A stretch of DNA of 64,000 bases, taken from positions 2,312-66,311 of the forward strand of contig JACWDI010000004.1 in NCBI GenBank assembly GCA_014654265.1, read 5' to 3'. The notes below the pieces were generated by a model, which had not been told where the DNA came from, made no database searches, and saw only the letters and a program-made list of their open reading frames with translations. The stretch comes from Pelagibacterales bacterium SAG-MED11 (lineage in GTDB: Bacteria > Pseudomonadota > Alphaproteobacteria > Pelagibacterales > Pelagibacteraceae). Position 1 is the first letter of the stretch. Each line of letters begins with the position of its first letter. The position numbers and the translations under genes are program-made. This document shows positions 16,598 through 27,118 of the stretch, in pieces.

Positions 16598-17770
16598 ATG
16601 ATCAATTATTTGTCCAAACCATTTAGATGGTTTTTTAAGTTAGAAGCAGCAAGTGGTTTAGTTCTACTTTTTGCTGCCATTATAGCCTTAGTTATTAGTA
16701 ACTCTAATTTATCAGAATTATATTTCTCAACTTTAAATAAGTATTTATTCATAGGAATTAACAATTTTGGATTAAAATTATCTGTTATCCATTGGATTAA
16801 CGATGCCTTAATGGCGATATTCTTTTTTTTTGTAACTTTAGAAATTAAAAGAGAATTCTTACAAGGTGAACTTTCAAATATAAAACAAGCCTTATTACCA
16901 ATAATTGCTGCTGTAGGTGGAATGTTGGTTCCAGCTTTATTCTATGTTTTTATAAATCTAGGGGATAGTGAAACTTTAAATGGATGGGCTATACCCTCTG
17001 CTACTGATATTGCATTTTCATTGGGTGTCTTATCATTATTAGGAAAACGAGTTCCATTATCATTAAAAGTTTTTTTAACAGCATTAGCAATTATTGATGA
17101 TCTTGGTGCAATTTTGATCATTGCTATTTTTTACTCAGGGGATTTAAGTATCAAATATTTAAGCTTGATGTTGTTAGCTTTCATAATTTTGTTAATTATA
17201 AACAAATTTAATATTAAAAAGTTTTTACCTTATTTAATTGTAGGTATTTTTCTTTGGGATTTTACTCATAATTCAGGAATTCATGCGACGATTGCTGGTG
17301 TTTTATTAGCAATGACAATTCCACATAGAAAAAAAGAAAAAGATTTTTCATTATTGATAAAAGTTGAACATGCAATCAGCCCTTATGTTGCTTTTGGTAT
17401 TATGCCATTATTTGCTTTTGCTAATGCAGGGGTATCTCTGGAAGGTTTAACTTTTGGATCTTTGTTAAATAAAGTGCCATTAGGAATTGTACTTGGATTA
17501 TTTGTAGGTAAGCAATTAGGTGTTTTCTTGTTCTCCTACGTTTCTATAAAAACGAAAATCGCTCAAATGCCTAATAATTCTAACTGGTTTAATTTTTATG
17601 GTGTCGGAGTATTGACTGGAATAGGATTTACGATGAGTCTATTTGTTGGAAATTTAGCATTTGCTGAAAATATCCAATATATGGATGGTGTAAAAATTGG
17701 TGTATTGACTGGGTCATTATTATCCACTTTATTTGGATATTTTTTAATATTACTTACACCTAACAAATAA
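16598..17770 (+). CDS. nhaA: Na+/H+ antiporter NhaA
   Basis: 390 aa. LAIIDDLGAILIIAIFY (catalytic DD motif), WINDALMAIFFF and ATDIAFSLGVL match NhaA. Confidence 0.9.
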   Translation: MINYLSKPFRWFFKLEAASGLVLLFAAIIALVISNSNLSELYFSTLNKYLFIGINNFGLKLSVIHWINDALMAIFFFFVTLEIKREFLQGELSNIKQALLPIIAAVGGMLVPALFYVFINLGDSETLNGWAIPSATDIAFSLGVLSLLGKRVPLSLKVFLTALAIIDDLGAILIIAIFYSGDLSIKYLSLMLLAFIILLIINKFNIKKFLPYLIVGIFLWDFTHNSGIHATIAGVLLAMTIPHRKKEKDFSLLIKVEHAISPYVAFGIMPLFAFANAGVSLEGLTFGSLLNKVPLGIVLGLFVGKQLGVFLFSYVSIKTKIAQMPNNSNWFNFYGVGVLTGIGFTMSLFVGNLAFAENIQYMDGVKIGVLTGSLLSTLFGYFLILLTPNK

Positions 17771-17779
17771 ATTTAAAAG

Positions 17780-18325
17780 ATGAAGAAGTCAATTTTTATT
17801 GGGATAACAATTATTATGTTTTTTTTTAAAAGTAATGTTAATGCAAATTATGACAAGATTTTTTATGATTATAAAATTGAAAGTATTACAGGTGAAACTA
17901 TAGATTTTAGTGAGTATAAAAATAAAGTTATTCTAATTGTAAATACCGCAAGCTATTGTGGATTTACTAAACAATATACTGATTTACAAGAATTGTGGGA
18001 TAAATATAAATCAAGAGGTTTAATTGTATTAGGAGTTCCATCAAATTCTTTTAATCAAGAAAAAAACAGTAATTCAGAAGTCAAAGAATTTTGCAAAGTA
18101 AATTTTGATATAAATTTTCCTTTAACTACTATTACTGAAGTAAAAGGTGATAAAGCACATGATTTATTTAAATGGGCTAAAAATAATCACGGTAAATCAG
18201 CTATTCCTAAATGGAATTTCCATAAAATCTTAATAAATAAAGAAGGTAAAGTTGAAGATACATTTACGTCATTTATAAACCCAATGTCAAAAAAAATAGT
18301 AAGTAAAATAGAAAATATTTTATAA
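17780..18325 (+). CDS. glutathione peroxidase family protein (Cys-type), exported
   Basis: 181 aa with a signal peptide. The NTASYCGFT active site has Cys, not Sec. Also has LGVPSNSFNQE and WNFHKILI motifs. Confidence 0.85.
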   Translation: MKKSIFIGITIIMFFFKSNVNANYDKIFYDYKIESITGETIDFSEYKNKVILIVNTASYCGFTKQYTDLQELWDKYKSRGLIVLGVPSNSFNQEKNSNSEVKEFCKVNFDINFPLTTITEVKGDKAHDLFKWAKNNHGKSAIPKWNFHKILINKEGKVEDTFTSFINPMSKKIVSKIENIL

Positions 18326-19090
18326 TTCTATAGTAAGTCCATCATGTGCAGGTATCACATTATGAGGAAGAACTTTTTTAAGTTTTTTATAATCTAAAAC
18401 AGGCGATAGATTTGTTAAAATTGCTTTTTTTGGTTTAAATTTTTTAATCATATCTAAAGATGTTTCAAGATTAAAATGTGATGGATGATAATTATACCAT
18501 AAACAGTCAATAATTAGATATTTTAAATTTTTAAAATATTTATAATCTCTATTATAAATTCTACTAACATCACTTATATAAGCCAGTTTTTTATCAATAA
18601 TAAAACAAGTTGATTTTACTTTACCATGATCTACCTTAATAGATCTAATTCTGATTTTTTTTTGTTTATTACTAATTGAGAAATAATTTTTAAGCTTATT
18701 TATCTTGAGTGTAGCTGGATATTCTTTTGAATAGCTTTTAAAAATATAAGAAAAAGTTTGTTTTAAATATTTTGCAGTAAATTTATCAGCAAATACATCG
18801 ATTTGTTTTTTACTGTTAATATAAAAAGATCTCAAATCATTAATTCCATGTGTTTGATCTCCGTGCATATGTGAGTATAAAACTTTATTAATCTTTTTAA
18901 TTTTATGGCGTAACAATTGTTGTCTTAGATCTGGAGAAGTATCAAATAAAATATTTTCTTTAGAAGTTTTGAGTAATGCAGAACATCTAGTTCTATAATT
19001 CTTCTTATTATTAGGGTCACAATTACCAAAGAAGCCATCTGGTCTTGGTACACCCATCGAACTACCACATCCTAAGATTATAAACTTCAT
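18320..19090 (-). CDS. MBL-fold metallo-hydrolase (PhnP-like family)
   Basis: 256 aa. ILGCGSSMGVP and the metal motif HMHGDQTHG. It sits in the tatD-metG neighbourhood. Confidence 0.7.
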   Translation of the reverse strand: MKFIILGCGSSMGVPRPDGFFGNCDPNNKKNYRTRCSALLKTSKENILFDTSPDLRQQLLRHKIKKINKVLYSHMHGDQTHGINDLRSFYINSKKQIDVFADKFTAKYLKQTFSYIFKSYSKEYPATLKINKLKNYFSISNKQKKIRIRSIKVDHGKVKSTCFIIDKKLAYISDVSRIYNRDYKYFKNLKYLIIDCLWYNYHPSHFNLETSLDMIKKFKPKKAILTNLSPVLDYKKLKKVLPHNVIPAHDGLTIEL

Positions 19091-19098
19091 AAAATCAA

Positions 19099-19857
19099 TT
19101 AGCTAAATAGCTTATTAAAGTTATTAGTTGTTATTTCTACAAGTTGAGATTTAGTTATTTCTTTTAATTCAGCTAACTTTTTAGCGGTGTAATCTATAAA
19201 AGAAGGCTCATTTTTTTTCCCTCTATTAGGAACTGGAGCTAAAAAAGGACTATCTGTTTCTATTAAAATTTTTTCTAATGGTAGAAATTTAAACGTTTCT
19301 TGTAATTCCAATGAATTTTTAAATGTTATAATACCACTTGCTGAAAAAAAAGCATTTAAATCAAGTAATTTTTCAGCAAACTTTTTTGAACCTGTAAAAC
19401 AATGCATTAAAATTTTAAGATCTTTATCTTTATAATCATTTAAAATATTAAAAGTTTCCTCTTCTGCACTTCTTGAATGAATAATTAAAGGTGCATTAGT
19501 CTCAATTGAAGCTTTGATATGTTCATTAAAACTTTTAATTTGTTTATCTTTATCACTATTATTGTAATAAAAATCTAACCCTGTCTCACCTATCCCAATA
19601 ATTTTAGGATTTTCATTAAAATTTTTTACAATATTATCTGAATTAATAATTTCATCATTAGTTTCATGTGGGTGAATTCCTATTGTACCATAAATCATTT
19701 CGTCTTTATCTATAATATTTTTGATTCTAGAAAAACTTTCTAAAGAAGTAGAAATAGTTAGTAGTTTTTTAATACCAACGTCCTTTGATCGCTTAATAAC
19801 ATTAGGTAAATCACTTAAAAGCGGTTCATGATCTAAATGACAATGTGAATCAATCAT
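19099..19857 (-). CDS. tatD: TatD-family metal-dependent DNase/hydrolase
   Basis: 252 aa. The motifs MIDSHCHL, GIHPHE, IGETGLDFYY, IHSR and ETDSPFLAP are canonical for TatD. Confidence 0.85.
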   Translation of the reverse strand: MIDSHCHLDHEPLLSDLPNVIKRSKDVGIKKLLTISTSLESFSRIKNIIDKDEMIYGTIGIHPHETNDEIINSDNIVKNFNENPKIIGIGETGLDFYYNNSDKDKQIKSFNEHIKASIETNAPLIIHSRSAEEETFNILNDYKDKDLKILMHCFTGSKKFAEKLLDLNAFFSASGIITFKNSLELQETFKFLPLEKILIETDSPFLAPVPNRGKKNEPSFIDYTAKKLAELKEITKSQLVEITTNNFNKLFS

Positions 19858-21391
19858 CTTTTTTTTCTATTTTTTTAAAAAGAATATCTATTTTATTAAT
19901 TTTATCAACTTTTGATAAAAAATTATTATTTTCTATAGAGGGTAAATTAATGTCAGCTTCATTTATGGCAAAAATTTTAAGTGCTTTAATAGAGCTTTCT
20001 GGAATAATTGGATACAATAAAAAACTAACTTTTCTAACAATTTCTAATGTTGTAAAAACAATAGTATTTAATCTTAATAAATCCTCTTTTTTATTCCATG
20101 GTTCTTGATCATTAAAATATTTATTAGCTTCAAATAATGAATTAACGATAAAGTTTATATAGAAATTGATATCTTGATTATCAATTTTTTCTCTAATTAA
20201 CTCAATATTATCTTTATAATTATTTAATATCTTGTGATCATCCTCATTAAATTCAATTTTTTTTGGAATTTTACTATCACAATTTTTAATTGCAAAGGCG
20301 GTCACTCGTTGACACAAATTTCCAAAATTATTAGCTAGATCACTATTGATACAATCTTCTAAACGTTCTTGAGAAATACTTCCATCATTACCGAATGAAA
20401 CTTCTTTTATAAGATAATATCTTAACGAGTCTAGACCATATTCATTAATAATTTCTATGGGATCAAGAATATTACCTTTCGATTTAGACATCTTTTCGTC
20501 TCCAGAAAGTATCCAGCCGTGACCATAAACTTTTTTAGGAAGATCTATTTTAGCTGCAAGTAGAAATGCAGGCCAATATACAGCATGAAATCTCAAAATA
20601 TCTTTTCCTATTAAATGAATGGAAGCTGGCCAAAAACTTTTAAATAATTTTTCCTTAGTATTTGGATAGTTTAAAGCACTAATATAGTTTGTTAAAGCGT
20701 CTAACCAGACATAAATGACATGATTTTCATTACCAGGAACTTTTATTCCCCAAGAAAAACTTTTTCTACTAATTGATAGATCCTTTAAACCACTTTTTAC
20801 AAAGCTAACTACTTCATTTTTTCTTGCTTCAGGTGAAATGAAACCTGGGTTTTTTTCATAAAATTCCAGTAATGGTTTTTCCCATTTAGATAATCTAAAA
20901 AAATATGACTCTTCATCAACCCATTCCACAGTTGATTTAGATGAAGTTGAGACTTTCGAACCATTAATTTCTTCAATTTCTTCCTCAGTATAAAACGCTT
21001 CATCTGAAACTGAATACCAACCAGAATATTTAGATAGATAAATATCATCATTTTTTTCTAATTCTCTCCATAAATGTTGAACTGAGGTTTTATGGCGGGT
21101 TTCTGTCGTTCTAATGAAATCTGTATTAGTTAGATTTAGTATCTCAGAGAGATTTCTAAAAGTTTTACTAATTTCATCACAAAATTGTAATGGTTTTAAT
21201 CCTTTTTTTTCAGCAGATCTTTGAATTTTTAAACCATGCTCATCAGTCCCAGTTAAAAAATGAACTTTAAAACCGTCTATTTTTTTAAATCTGGCAAAAA
21301 AATCTGCTATTATACTAGAATAAGCATGTCCCATATGAGGTTTTGCAGATGGATAATAAATCGGAGTAGTAATATAAAAATTTTTATCCAT
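19850..21391 (-). CDS. metG: methionine-tRNA ligase (short form)
   Basis: 513 aa with HIGH-type motif (PHMGHAYS) and KMSKS present. Confidence 0.92.
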   Translation of the reverse strand: MDKNFYITTPIYYPSAKPHMGHAYSSIIADFFARFKKIDGFKVHFLTGTDEHGLKIQRSAEKKGLKPLQFCDEISKTFRNLSEILNLTNTDFIRTTETRHKTSVQHLWRELEKNDDIYLSKYSGWYSVSDEAFYTEEEIEEINGSKVSTSSKSTVEWVDEESYFFRLSKWEKPLLEFYEKNPGFISPEARKNEVVSFVKSGLKDLSISRKSFSWGIKVPGNENHVIYVWLDALTNYISALNYPNTKEKLFKSFWPASIHLIGKDILRFHAVYWPAFLLAAKIDLPKKVYGHGWILSGDEKMSKSKGNILDPIEIINEYGLDSLRYYLIKEVSFGNDGSISQERLEDCINSDLANNFGNLCQRVTAFAIKNCDSKIPKKIEFNEDDHKILNNYKDNIELIREKIDNQDINFYINFIVNSLFEANKYFNDQEPWNKKEDLLRLNTIVFTTLEIVRKVSFLLYPIIPESSIKALKIFAINEADINLPSIENNNFLSKVDKINKIDILFKKIEKKDD

Positions 21392-22304
21392 TTAATAATT
21401 TTGAGTCAATTTCTAAAAATAAGGACTCTTCATTTAGATTAAACTTTTTTACATTATTAATCTTTTTTAAAAAATAACTAAAAATTTCAAAGTAAGTGAT
21501 GGAGACTTTTTTAAGCAAAAATAATTCTAAATAATCATACAAAATAATCTTTATCTTATTATCATTTTTATAATAAGATCCTTTAATAATTAGTGATAAG
21601 AACTCTTTTAGACTTATTGTTCTTAAATCTATCTCCTTTTCTTTAGAAAATTCTAATACATTAAAAATTTTGCCAGGTGTGTGATAATAATCTAATATAT
21701 CAGAATTAATTAAATTTTTAATGTCATCACCAAATAATAACTTATTCACAAAAATAATCTTTTCGTTACTTAGTGATATCCTAAAATTTAAGCACCTAGA
21801 TAAAAGAGTAGATAGGATTTTTTTATTATTATTTATCAAGATAAAATAAATATTTTCGCTAGGTTCCTCTAAAATTTTAAGTAAAGCGTTAATAGAATTT
21901 ACATTCAAAAATTCAATATTATCAATTAAAATGAATCTTGGTTTTGAATTGAATGAGGATTTATTAAGATTATTAATTAAGCTTCTAATCTGACTAATTT
22001 CAATAGTTTTTTTTTCAGAGTTTACGTCAATTAGATTAAAATTGGGATTTGAATTATTTTGAATTAATTTAAAAGAATGATTATCCTTATTTATTTCGAG
22101 ATTTTTAGTGTTGTAAGGATTTTCTTGATTGTTAGATAGAATATAATTTATTAAATGATAAGCAAGAGTGCACTTACCAATACCTTTTTCTCCTGAAAGC
22201 AAAATCTTATTTGGTAATTTTGAATTATTATATAAATTTATTAATTCGTTAAGTTCTTCGTCTAAACCATAGAGTTTTGTTTGTGATTTAGAGCAAAGGT
22301 TCAT
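21384..22304 (-). CDS. holB: DNA polymerase III delta' subunit
   Basis: 306 aa. Degenerate P-loop GEKGIGKCTLAYHL and clamp-loader box NALLKILEEP. Located between tmk and metG, as in many bacteria. Confidence 0.75.
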   Translation of the reverse strand: MNLCSKSQTKLYGLDEELNELINLYNNSKLPNKILLSGEKGIGKCTLAYHLINYILSNNQENPYNTKNLEINKDNHSFKLIQNNSNPNFNLIDVNSEKKTIEISQIRSLINNLNKSSFNSKPRFILIDNIEFLNVNSINALLKILEEPSENIYFILINNNKKILSTLLSRCLNFRISLSNEKIIFVNKLLFGDDIKNLINSDILDYYHTPGKIFNVLEFSKEKEIDLRTISLKEFLSLIIKGSYYKNDNKIKIILYDYLELFLLKKVSITYFEIFSYFLKKINNVKKFNLNEESLFLEIDSKLLNG

Positions 22305-22915
22305 CTTATTAGCTTTTCTATTTTGTTAATTATATTCTTTTTATTCGTCTCGATTGATAAGTTTGAGTCTATAATTTGATAATTTTTTTTATTTTTACTT
22401 AATTTGAGGTATCCTTTTTGAACCCTTCTATAAAAATGTTTATTAAATTTATCATATCTGTTTAATTTGACTCTCTTTCTCAATCTTTTAATCATATTTT
22501 TCTCATTTACAATATTTAAAAAAGTAAAATTTACTTTAAAATTATTTAAAATATAATCATTCATTTTTTTTATTATATCTAGGCTTACACCCATACCAAA
22601 ATGTTGATACGCCAAAGTTGAGTCTGTAAATCTATCTAATAAAATTATCTTTTTTTTATAAAATCTTTTTAAGTAAGTTATGTTTTCACTTCTAGCTGCT
22701 AGATAAAGTAATAAATCAGTATTTTTTTGAAAATTTGATTTGTTATTTAAAATTAACTTTCTTATTTTTTCTGAGTTCTTACTACCTCCTGGTTCCCTTA
22801 TTGAAACGTGACTGATTTTATTTTTTTTTAGATAATTAGACACATGTTTGATGTGAAAAGTTTTGCCACTACCTTCAACACCTTCAAAAACTATTACAAT
22901 TTTTTTAGACATCAC
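22301..22915 (-). CDS. tmk: thymidylate kinase
   Basis: 204 aa. P-loop FEGVEGSGKTF, REPGG, and the DRFTDSTLAYQ motif. Confidence 0.85.
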   Translation of the reverse strand: MMSKKIVIVFEGVEGSGKTFHIKHVSNYLKKNKISHVSIREPGGSKNSEKIRKLILNNKSNFQKNTDLLLYLAARSENITYLKRFYKKKIILLDRFTDSTLAYQHFGMGVSLDIIKKMNDYILNNFKVNFTFLNIVNEKNMIKRLRKRVKLNRYDKFNKHFYRRVQKGYLKLSKNKKNYQIIDSNLSIETNKKNIINKIEKLIR

Positions 22916-24056
22916 CCCAGATTAAATAATTTAATGACTTCATTAGTCTTAAAAAGATATTTACTTTTTTAATATCTTCTAAAGCTAGAAGGTCGTATTC
23001 ACCTGTTAAATCTTGATCATAAATTATTTTCATTTTAGCCAAAATCTGATCTTTTTTAATTGGAGCTTCTATAGGGCCATCATAAATTAATTTAATTTTA
23101 AGTAATTTTTTTTGACCTTTTTTAATAATTTTGTATATATCATCTTTGGAATAGACGCTGACTTTATTTTTTTTTCCAAGCCAAACATCGACATCGCTAA
23201 ATGACTCATTAGATTTTGCTATTTCAACCAAATCAAAATTTGTAAGTCCATAAGTTAATAATTTTGCGCTTTCCTTTGATCTCGATGTCTTTGTTTCAAA
23301 TCCACTGCCAACAGCTATTAATCTTCTACCTTTTCTTTCTAAGGATGATGCTAATGAATATCTTTCTACAGCTAAGTAACCTGTTTTTACACCATCAACA
23401 CCCATATTTTTATATAAAAGAGGATTTCTATTACCTTGTGTAATAGGATCACCCCCTGTCCTATCCCAAGTAAATTCTTTTTCTTTAAACCATTTATAAA
23501 ATTCAGGATGATTTTTTATTAAATAATTAGACATAATCATAATATCTCTAACAGTAGAATAATTATCAGGATCATTAATCCCTGAAGAGTTTGCAAAATT
23601 AGTATTTTCCATTCCAATTTCTCTTGCTTTAGAAGTCATCATAATGGCAAATTCTTCCTCTGTTCCAGCTATACCTTCTGCCAAAGCAATACATGAGTCA
23701 TTACCTGAAGCAATTATTATACCTTTAAGTAAATTTTCAACTGAAACCTCATCTCCAACCATTACAAACATAGAAGAATAACCAGCAGTTGATAATCTCC
23801 AAGCTTTTTCTGAAATTAAAAATTTTTCATCTAAACTCAAATCACCAGATTTAATCAAATCAAAAGCAATAATACTTGTCATGATTTTTGTCATTGAAGC
23901 AGGATAAATTGATCTATCTGGCTCTTTTTCATAAAGAATTTCACCTGATAAGTAGTCTTGTAGAATTGCTGTTCTAGCTTTTATATTAATATTTGCAAAA
24001 GAATGATTAAAAAAAAATAAAATTGAAAATAAGAAAAGTATGAAATTTTTATACAT
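22905..24056 (-). CDS. dacC: D-alanyl-D-alanine carboxypeptidase (PBP5/6-type, S11)
   Basis: 383 aa with a signal peptide and the SxxK (ASMTK), SGN (IASGND) and KTG (GVKTGY) boxes. Confidence 0.85.
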   Translation of the reverse strand: MYKNFILFLFSILFFFNHSFANINIKARTAILQDYLSGEILYEKEPDRSIYPASMTKIMTSIIAFDLIKSGDLSLDEKFLISEKAWRLSTAGYSSMFVMVGDEVSVENLLKGIIIASGNDSCIALAEGIAGTEEEFAIMMTSKAREIGMENTNFANSSGINDPDNYSTVRDIMIMSNYLIKNHPEFYKWFKEKEFTWDRTGGDPITQGNRNPLLYKNMGVDGVKTGYLAVERYSLASSLERKGRRLIAVGSGFETKTSRSKESAKLLTYGLTNFDLVEIAKSNESFSDVDVWLGKKNKVSVYSKDDIYKIIKKGQKKLLKIKLIYDGPIEAPIKKDQILAKMKIIYDQDLTGEYDLLALEDIKKVNIFLRLMKSLNYLIWGDV

Positions 24057-24801
24057 TTTTTAAAACCTCTAAATTTTCAAAATTAAATAAATCCATTTTT
24101 TCAAAATTATTTCTTAAAGATTTTATATCATTAAAAGGACCTATTAGAAGTCTATAATTTGTTTTTGATAATTCAATAATCTTTAAATTTTTTATAGAGG
24201 TTTCTTTTTTAATACGATTCAATAAGATTTTGGCCGTGTCTTTATAATAAAAATCTGCAACTTTAATAGAATAGGAAAAATTTTTTTTCGTTATAATCTT
24301 TTTTTTCTTTTTCTTTACATTTAAATCATTAATTTGAATTCCATCTATTGGAGCCTTTTCTGCAACTTTAGTTTCCTCTTCAAATGTTTTTGCTTTTCCT
24401 GCAATAAAAGTAGAATTTTTTGATATTAATACTATTTCTACATATGGTTCATTTTGATCTAAATCTAATATTTCTGCTATTCTAGGGCTCAATATAGAAT
24501 TGTAAAAATTTGAAAATTTTACCCTATTTGATTTAACTTCAGCAATTAAAGAATTCCCATTAGCAGGATTTGTAATTTTAACCATTGATTTTCTTTTAAG
24601 AGATTTGTGATAAATATTTAATGATCTATTCTCAATTTTTTTAATTTTTTCTAATTTATCATTATAGATAAGTGCAAAACCTGAATTTTTGTATTTATCA
24701 TCTCTTATAAAATCTAAATTTTCATTTTTAGTGGAAAATGTTTGATCACACCCTATTAATATAAGTGGTAAAAAAATTATCAGTATTAATTTATAATTCA
24801 T
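24049..24801 (-). CDS. rlpA: RlpA-like lipoprotein with C-terminal SPOR domain
   Basis: 250 aa. Lipobox LILIGC, a central DPBB-like segment (VKITNPANGNSLIAEVKS...ILSPRIAEILDL) and a C-terminal SPOR-like repeat (YSIKVADFYYKDTAK...YRLLIGPFND). Confidence 0.6.
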   Translation of the reverse strand: MNYKLILIIFLPLILIGCDQTFSTKNENLDFIRDDKYKNSGFALIYNDKLEKIKKIENRSLNIYHKSLKRKSMVKITNPANGNSLIAEVKSNRVKFSNFYNSILSPRIAEILDLDQNEPYVEIVLISKNSTFIAGKAKTFEEETKVAEKAPIDGIQINDLNVKKKKKKIITKKNFSYSIKVADFYYKDTAKILLNRIKKETSIKNLKIIELSKTNYRLLIGPFNDIKSLRNNFEKMDLFNFENLEVLKNV

Positions 24802-25792
24802 TTTTAATTTTATCTTTTAATGTGCATACTGCCAAAGCAAATCTTAAAGATCGATTCCATTTTAAAATTATTTCGTAATTATCAAAAACTAAGTAAGCTG
24901 GACTAAGTTTATTAGCATTTTCAACAATATCTTTATCTGGAGTAATTATAGCAACTTTTAAATTTTCATCTAAAGAGTCTAATATTTCATTGTTTTTTAT
25001 AAATTTTTTAAAATATCTTAATTTTTTTTTATTCTTTAATTTTTTTGCTGAAACATTCAAATATTTATCTGAAATATCATCATATAGATTAATTTTATAA
25101 AAACATGGTGTTTCTTGGTTCCAACCCATATTATTTAAATAGTTGGCTGCAGAAGCATACGAGTCTTGTGAATTCTTGAGATCAATATATTTGTCATTAT
25201 TATAATCAATTGCATAATTTTTAATTGTAGAAGGCATAAATTGGAAAAAACCAAATGCACCTGCCCATGATCCATATAATGATTTATAATCAATTTGATT
25301 TGTATCAATTAATTTTAATAGAATTAACAATTCATTTGTAAAAAATTTAGATCTTCTTTGATCAAAACTTAATGTTGCTAATGATGACAGAATATCCATT
25401 TTACCTACATATGTGCCAAAATTAGTTTCAATTCCCATTAATGCTAAAAGTAATTCTTTTTCTACATCAAATTTTTTTTCAACTTTATTAATTAGTTCAG
25501 ATTGATCTTTGTAAAAAATAACCCCTTTTTTTACTTTTTTATCTGAACTTCTTTTAGAAATATAAGTTTTAGTATCTTCGTAAAATTCTGGTTGATATCT
25601 ATCATATTCAATAACTTTAGGTAAAAATTTAACATCTGACATAACTAGATTAAAAGTATTTTCAGAAATATTATTTTTAAGTGCAACGGCTTTAAAAGTT
25701 TTTTTCCAATTTTCAAATTCTAAATTATTATCAGCGTATGAATTGTGTATAAATAATGTTAAAATAAGAATGAGAATACTAACTAGTTTCAT
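24791..25792 (-). CDS. lytic murein transglycosylase (MltB/SLT_2 family)
   Basis: 333 aa with a signal peptide, a catalytic-Glu region LLALMGIETNFG, and GAFGFFQFMPSTI. Confidence 0.75.
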   Translation of the reverse strand: MKLVSILILILTLFIHNSYADNNLEFENWKKTFKAVALKNNISENTFNLVMSDVKFLPKVIEYDRYQPEFYEDTKTYISKRSSDKKVKKGVIFYKDQSELINKVEKKFDVEKELLLALMGIETNFGTYVGKMDILSSLATLSFDQRRSKFFTNELLILLKLIDTNQIDYKSLYGSWAGAFGFFQFMPSTIKNYAIDYNNDKYIDLKNSQDSYASAANYLNNMGWNQETPCFYKINLYDDISDKYLNVSAKKLKNKKKLRYFKKFIKNNEILDSLDENLKVAIITPDKDIVENANKLSPAYLVFDNYEIILKWNRSLRFALAVCTLKDKIKNEL

Positions 25793-26657
25793 AAAGATCC
25801 TTTAGATATATAACTACAGCAATCCAAATAATAATAAAACTCACAAATTTAATAATAGAAAACTCTTCATTATAATAAAAAAAACCCAGAATAAACTGTA
25901 ATGTTGGGGTTATATAGAAAATCATACCTGTAGGGCCCAGCCCAATCAATTCAACACCTCTAACGTATAAAAATAAGGGAATCACAGTCATAGGACCAGC
26001 TAATATTAAAAAAAGACTTAAACCTGGATTGGATAAGCTAAAATCATTAAATCCATTTTTAGTTATAAAATAAAAAATAAGTAAAGCAAAAGGAAGTATA
26101 TATAAACTTTCAATTAATATACCTACATCAGTATCTACATTAATCTTCTTTCTGATAAGGTTATAAAAAGCCCAACTAAAAGCTACTATCAAACCTACCC
26201 AGGGTAAACTTTTTAAATTTATAAATATTAGAATGATAATTGATAACAGAACTAATAAAATTGAAAAAATTCTTTTTGAATTAAGTTTCTCTTTAAAAAA
26301 AATATATCCTAATAAAACACTTATAATCGGCATAATGAAATAGCCAAAACTTGCATCAATAATTCGTTCTGTTGCAACTGCATATATCCATACAGCCCAA
26401 TTTATAAATATCAAAAAACCAGAGACCAACAAAGCAAATAAAGTTTTCTTATTTTTGAAAATATCTTTAAAAAGGTTCCATTTTGAAAGAATTGAAGTTG
26501 TAATAATAAGCATTACTGCTGTCCATAAACATCTATGAACTATCAGTTCTATATGACCAATAAATGATACATATTGAAAATATATTACACCAATAAAACC
26601 CCACCAAAAAGATCCTAGAGAAGTTAATAATAAACCTTTATTGAATTGTTCTTTCAT
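25779..26657 (-). CDS. rarD: RarD-type DMT/EamA transporter
   Basis: 292 aa with 10 TMs. The N-terminal G...FWWGFIGVIYFQY resembles the RarD signature. Confidence 0.7.
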   Translation of the reverse strand: MKEQFNKGLLLTSLGSFWWGFIGVIYFQYVSFIGHIELIVHRCLWTAVMLIITTSILSKWNLFKDIFKNKKTLFALLVSGFLIFINWAVWIYAVATERIIDASFGYFIMPIISVLLGYIFFKEKLNSKRIFSILLVLLSIIILIFINLKSLPWVGLIVAFSWAFYNLIRKKINVDTDVGILIESLYILPFALLIFYFITKNGFNDFSLSNPGLSLFLILAGPMTVIPLFLYVRGVELIGLGPTGMIFYITPTLQFILGFFYYNEEFSIIKFVSFIIIWIAVVIYLKDLYETS

Positions 26658-26745
26658 AGATAATTTAGCTAATTAATTAGTAACTATGTTAAATAGACTA
26701 TTTTATAGTTGAATTAAATATTTTTAATTATAAAAGTTTCTTCGT

Positions 26746-26835
26746 GGAGAGATGGCTGAGCGGTTGAAAGCACCGGTCTTGAAAACCGGCAAAGGGGCAA
26801 CTCTTTCCTGGGTTCGAATCCCAGTCTCTCCGCCA
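26746..26835 (+). tRNA. tRNA-Ser (anticodon UGA)
   Basis: GGAGAGATGGCTGAGCGGTTGAAAGCACCGGTCTTGAAAACCGGCAAAGGGGCAACTCTTTCCTGGGTTCGAATCCCAGTCTCTCCGCCA. Has a long variable arm, anticodon loop CTTGAAA and an encoded CCA. Confidence 0.9.
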
Positions 26836-27102
26836 CTATTTCTCACTATACTTAAAGTTTCTAAATAAAGAATTTATATTATTGCTCTCAAATTCAAAGT
26901 CAGTTTTTAATTTGTTATAAAAACTATACAAATTATCATCATCTATGTTTAATAACTTTTCTAAATCAAGAAGATCTTTAGTACTTAATTCGTCAATATA
27001 TTTTTTAGTAAATGCACCTAAAAGTTTATCCATTTCTTTATTACCACGATAATTAGATCTGTAAATAATTTTTTTTTTTAATAGATCTATATTGAATTCC
27101 AT
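26836..27102 (-). CDS. sdhE: succinate dehydrogenase flavinylation factor SdhE (SDHAF2/DUF339)
   Basis: 88 aa. The motif YRSNYRGNKEMDKLLGAF (RxxxRGxxExD) is diagnostic. The stop codon abuts the tRNA-Ser 3' end (convergent). Confidence 0.75.
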   Translation of the reverse strand: MEFNIDLLKKKIIYRSNYRGNKEMDKLLGAFTKKYIDELSTKDLLDLEKLLNIDDDNLYSFYNKLKTDFEFESNNINSLFRNFKYSEK

Positions 27103-27118
27103 TATTAGAATATATTAG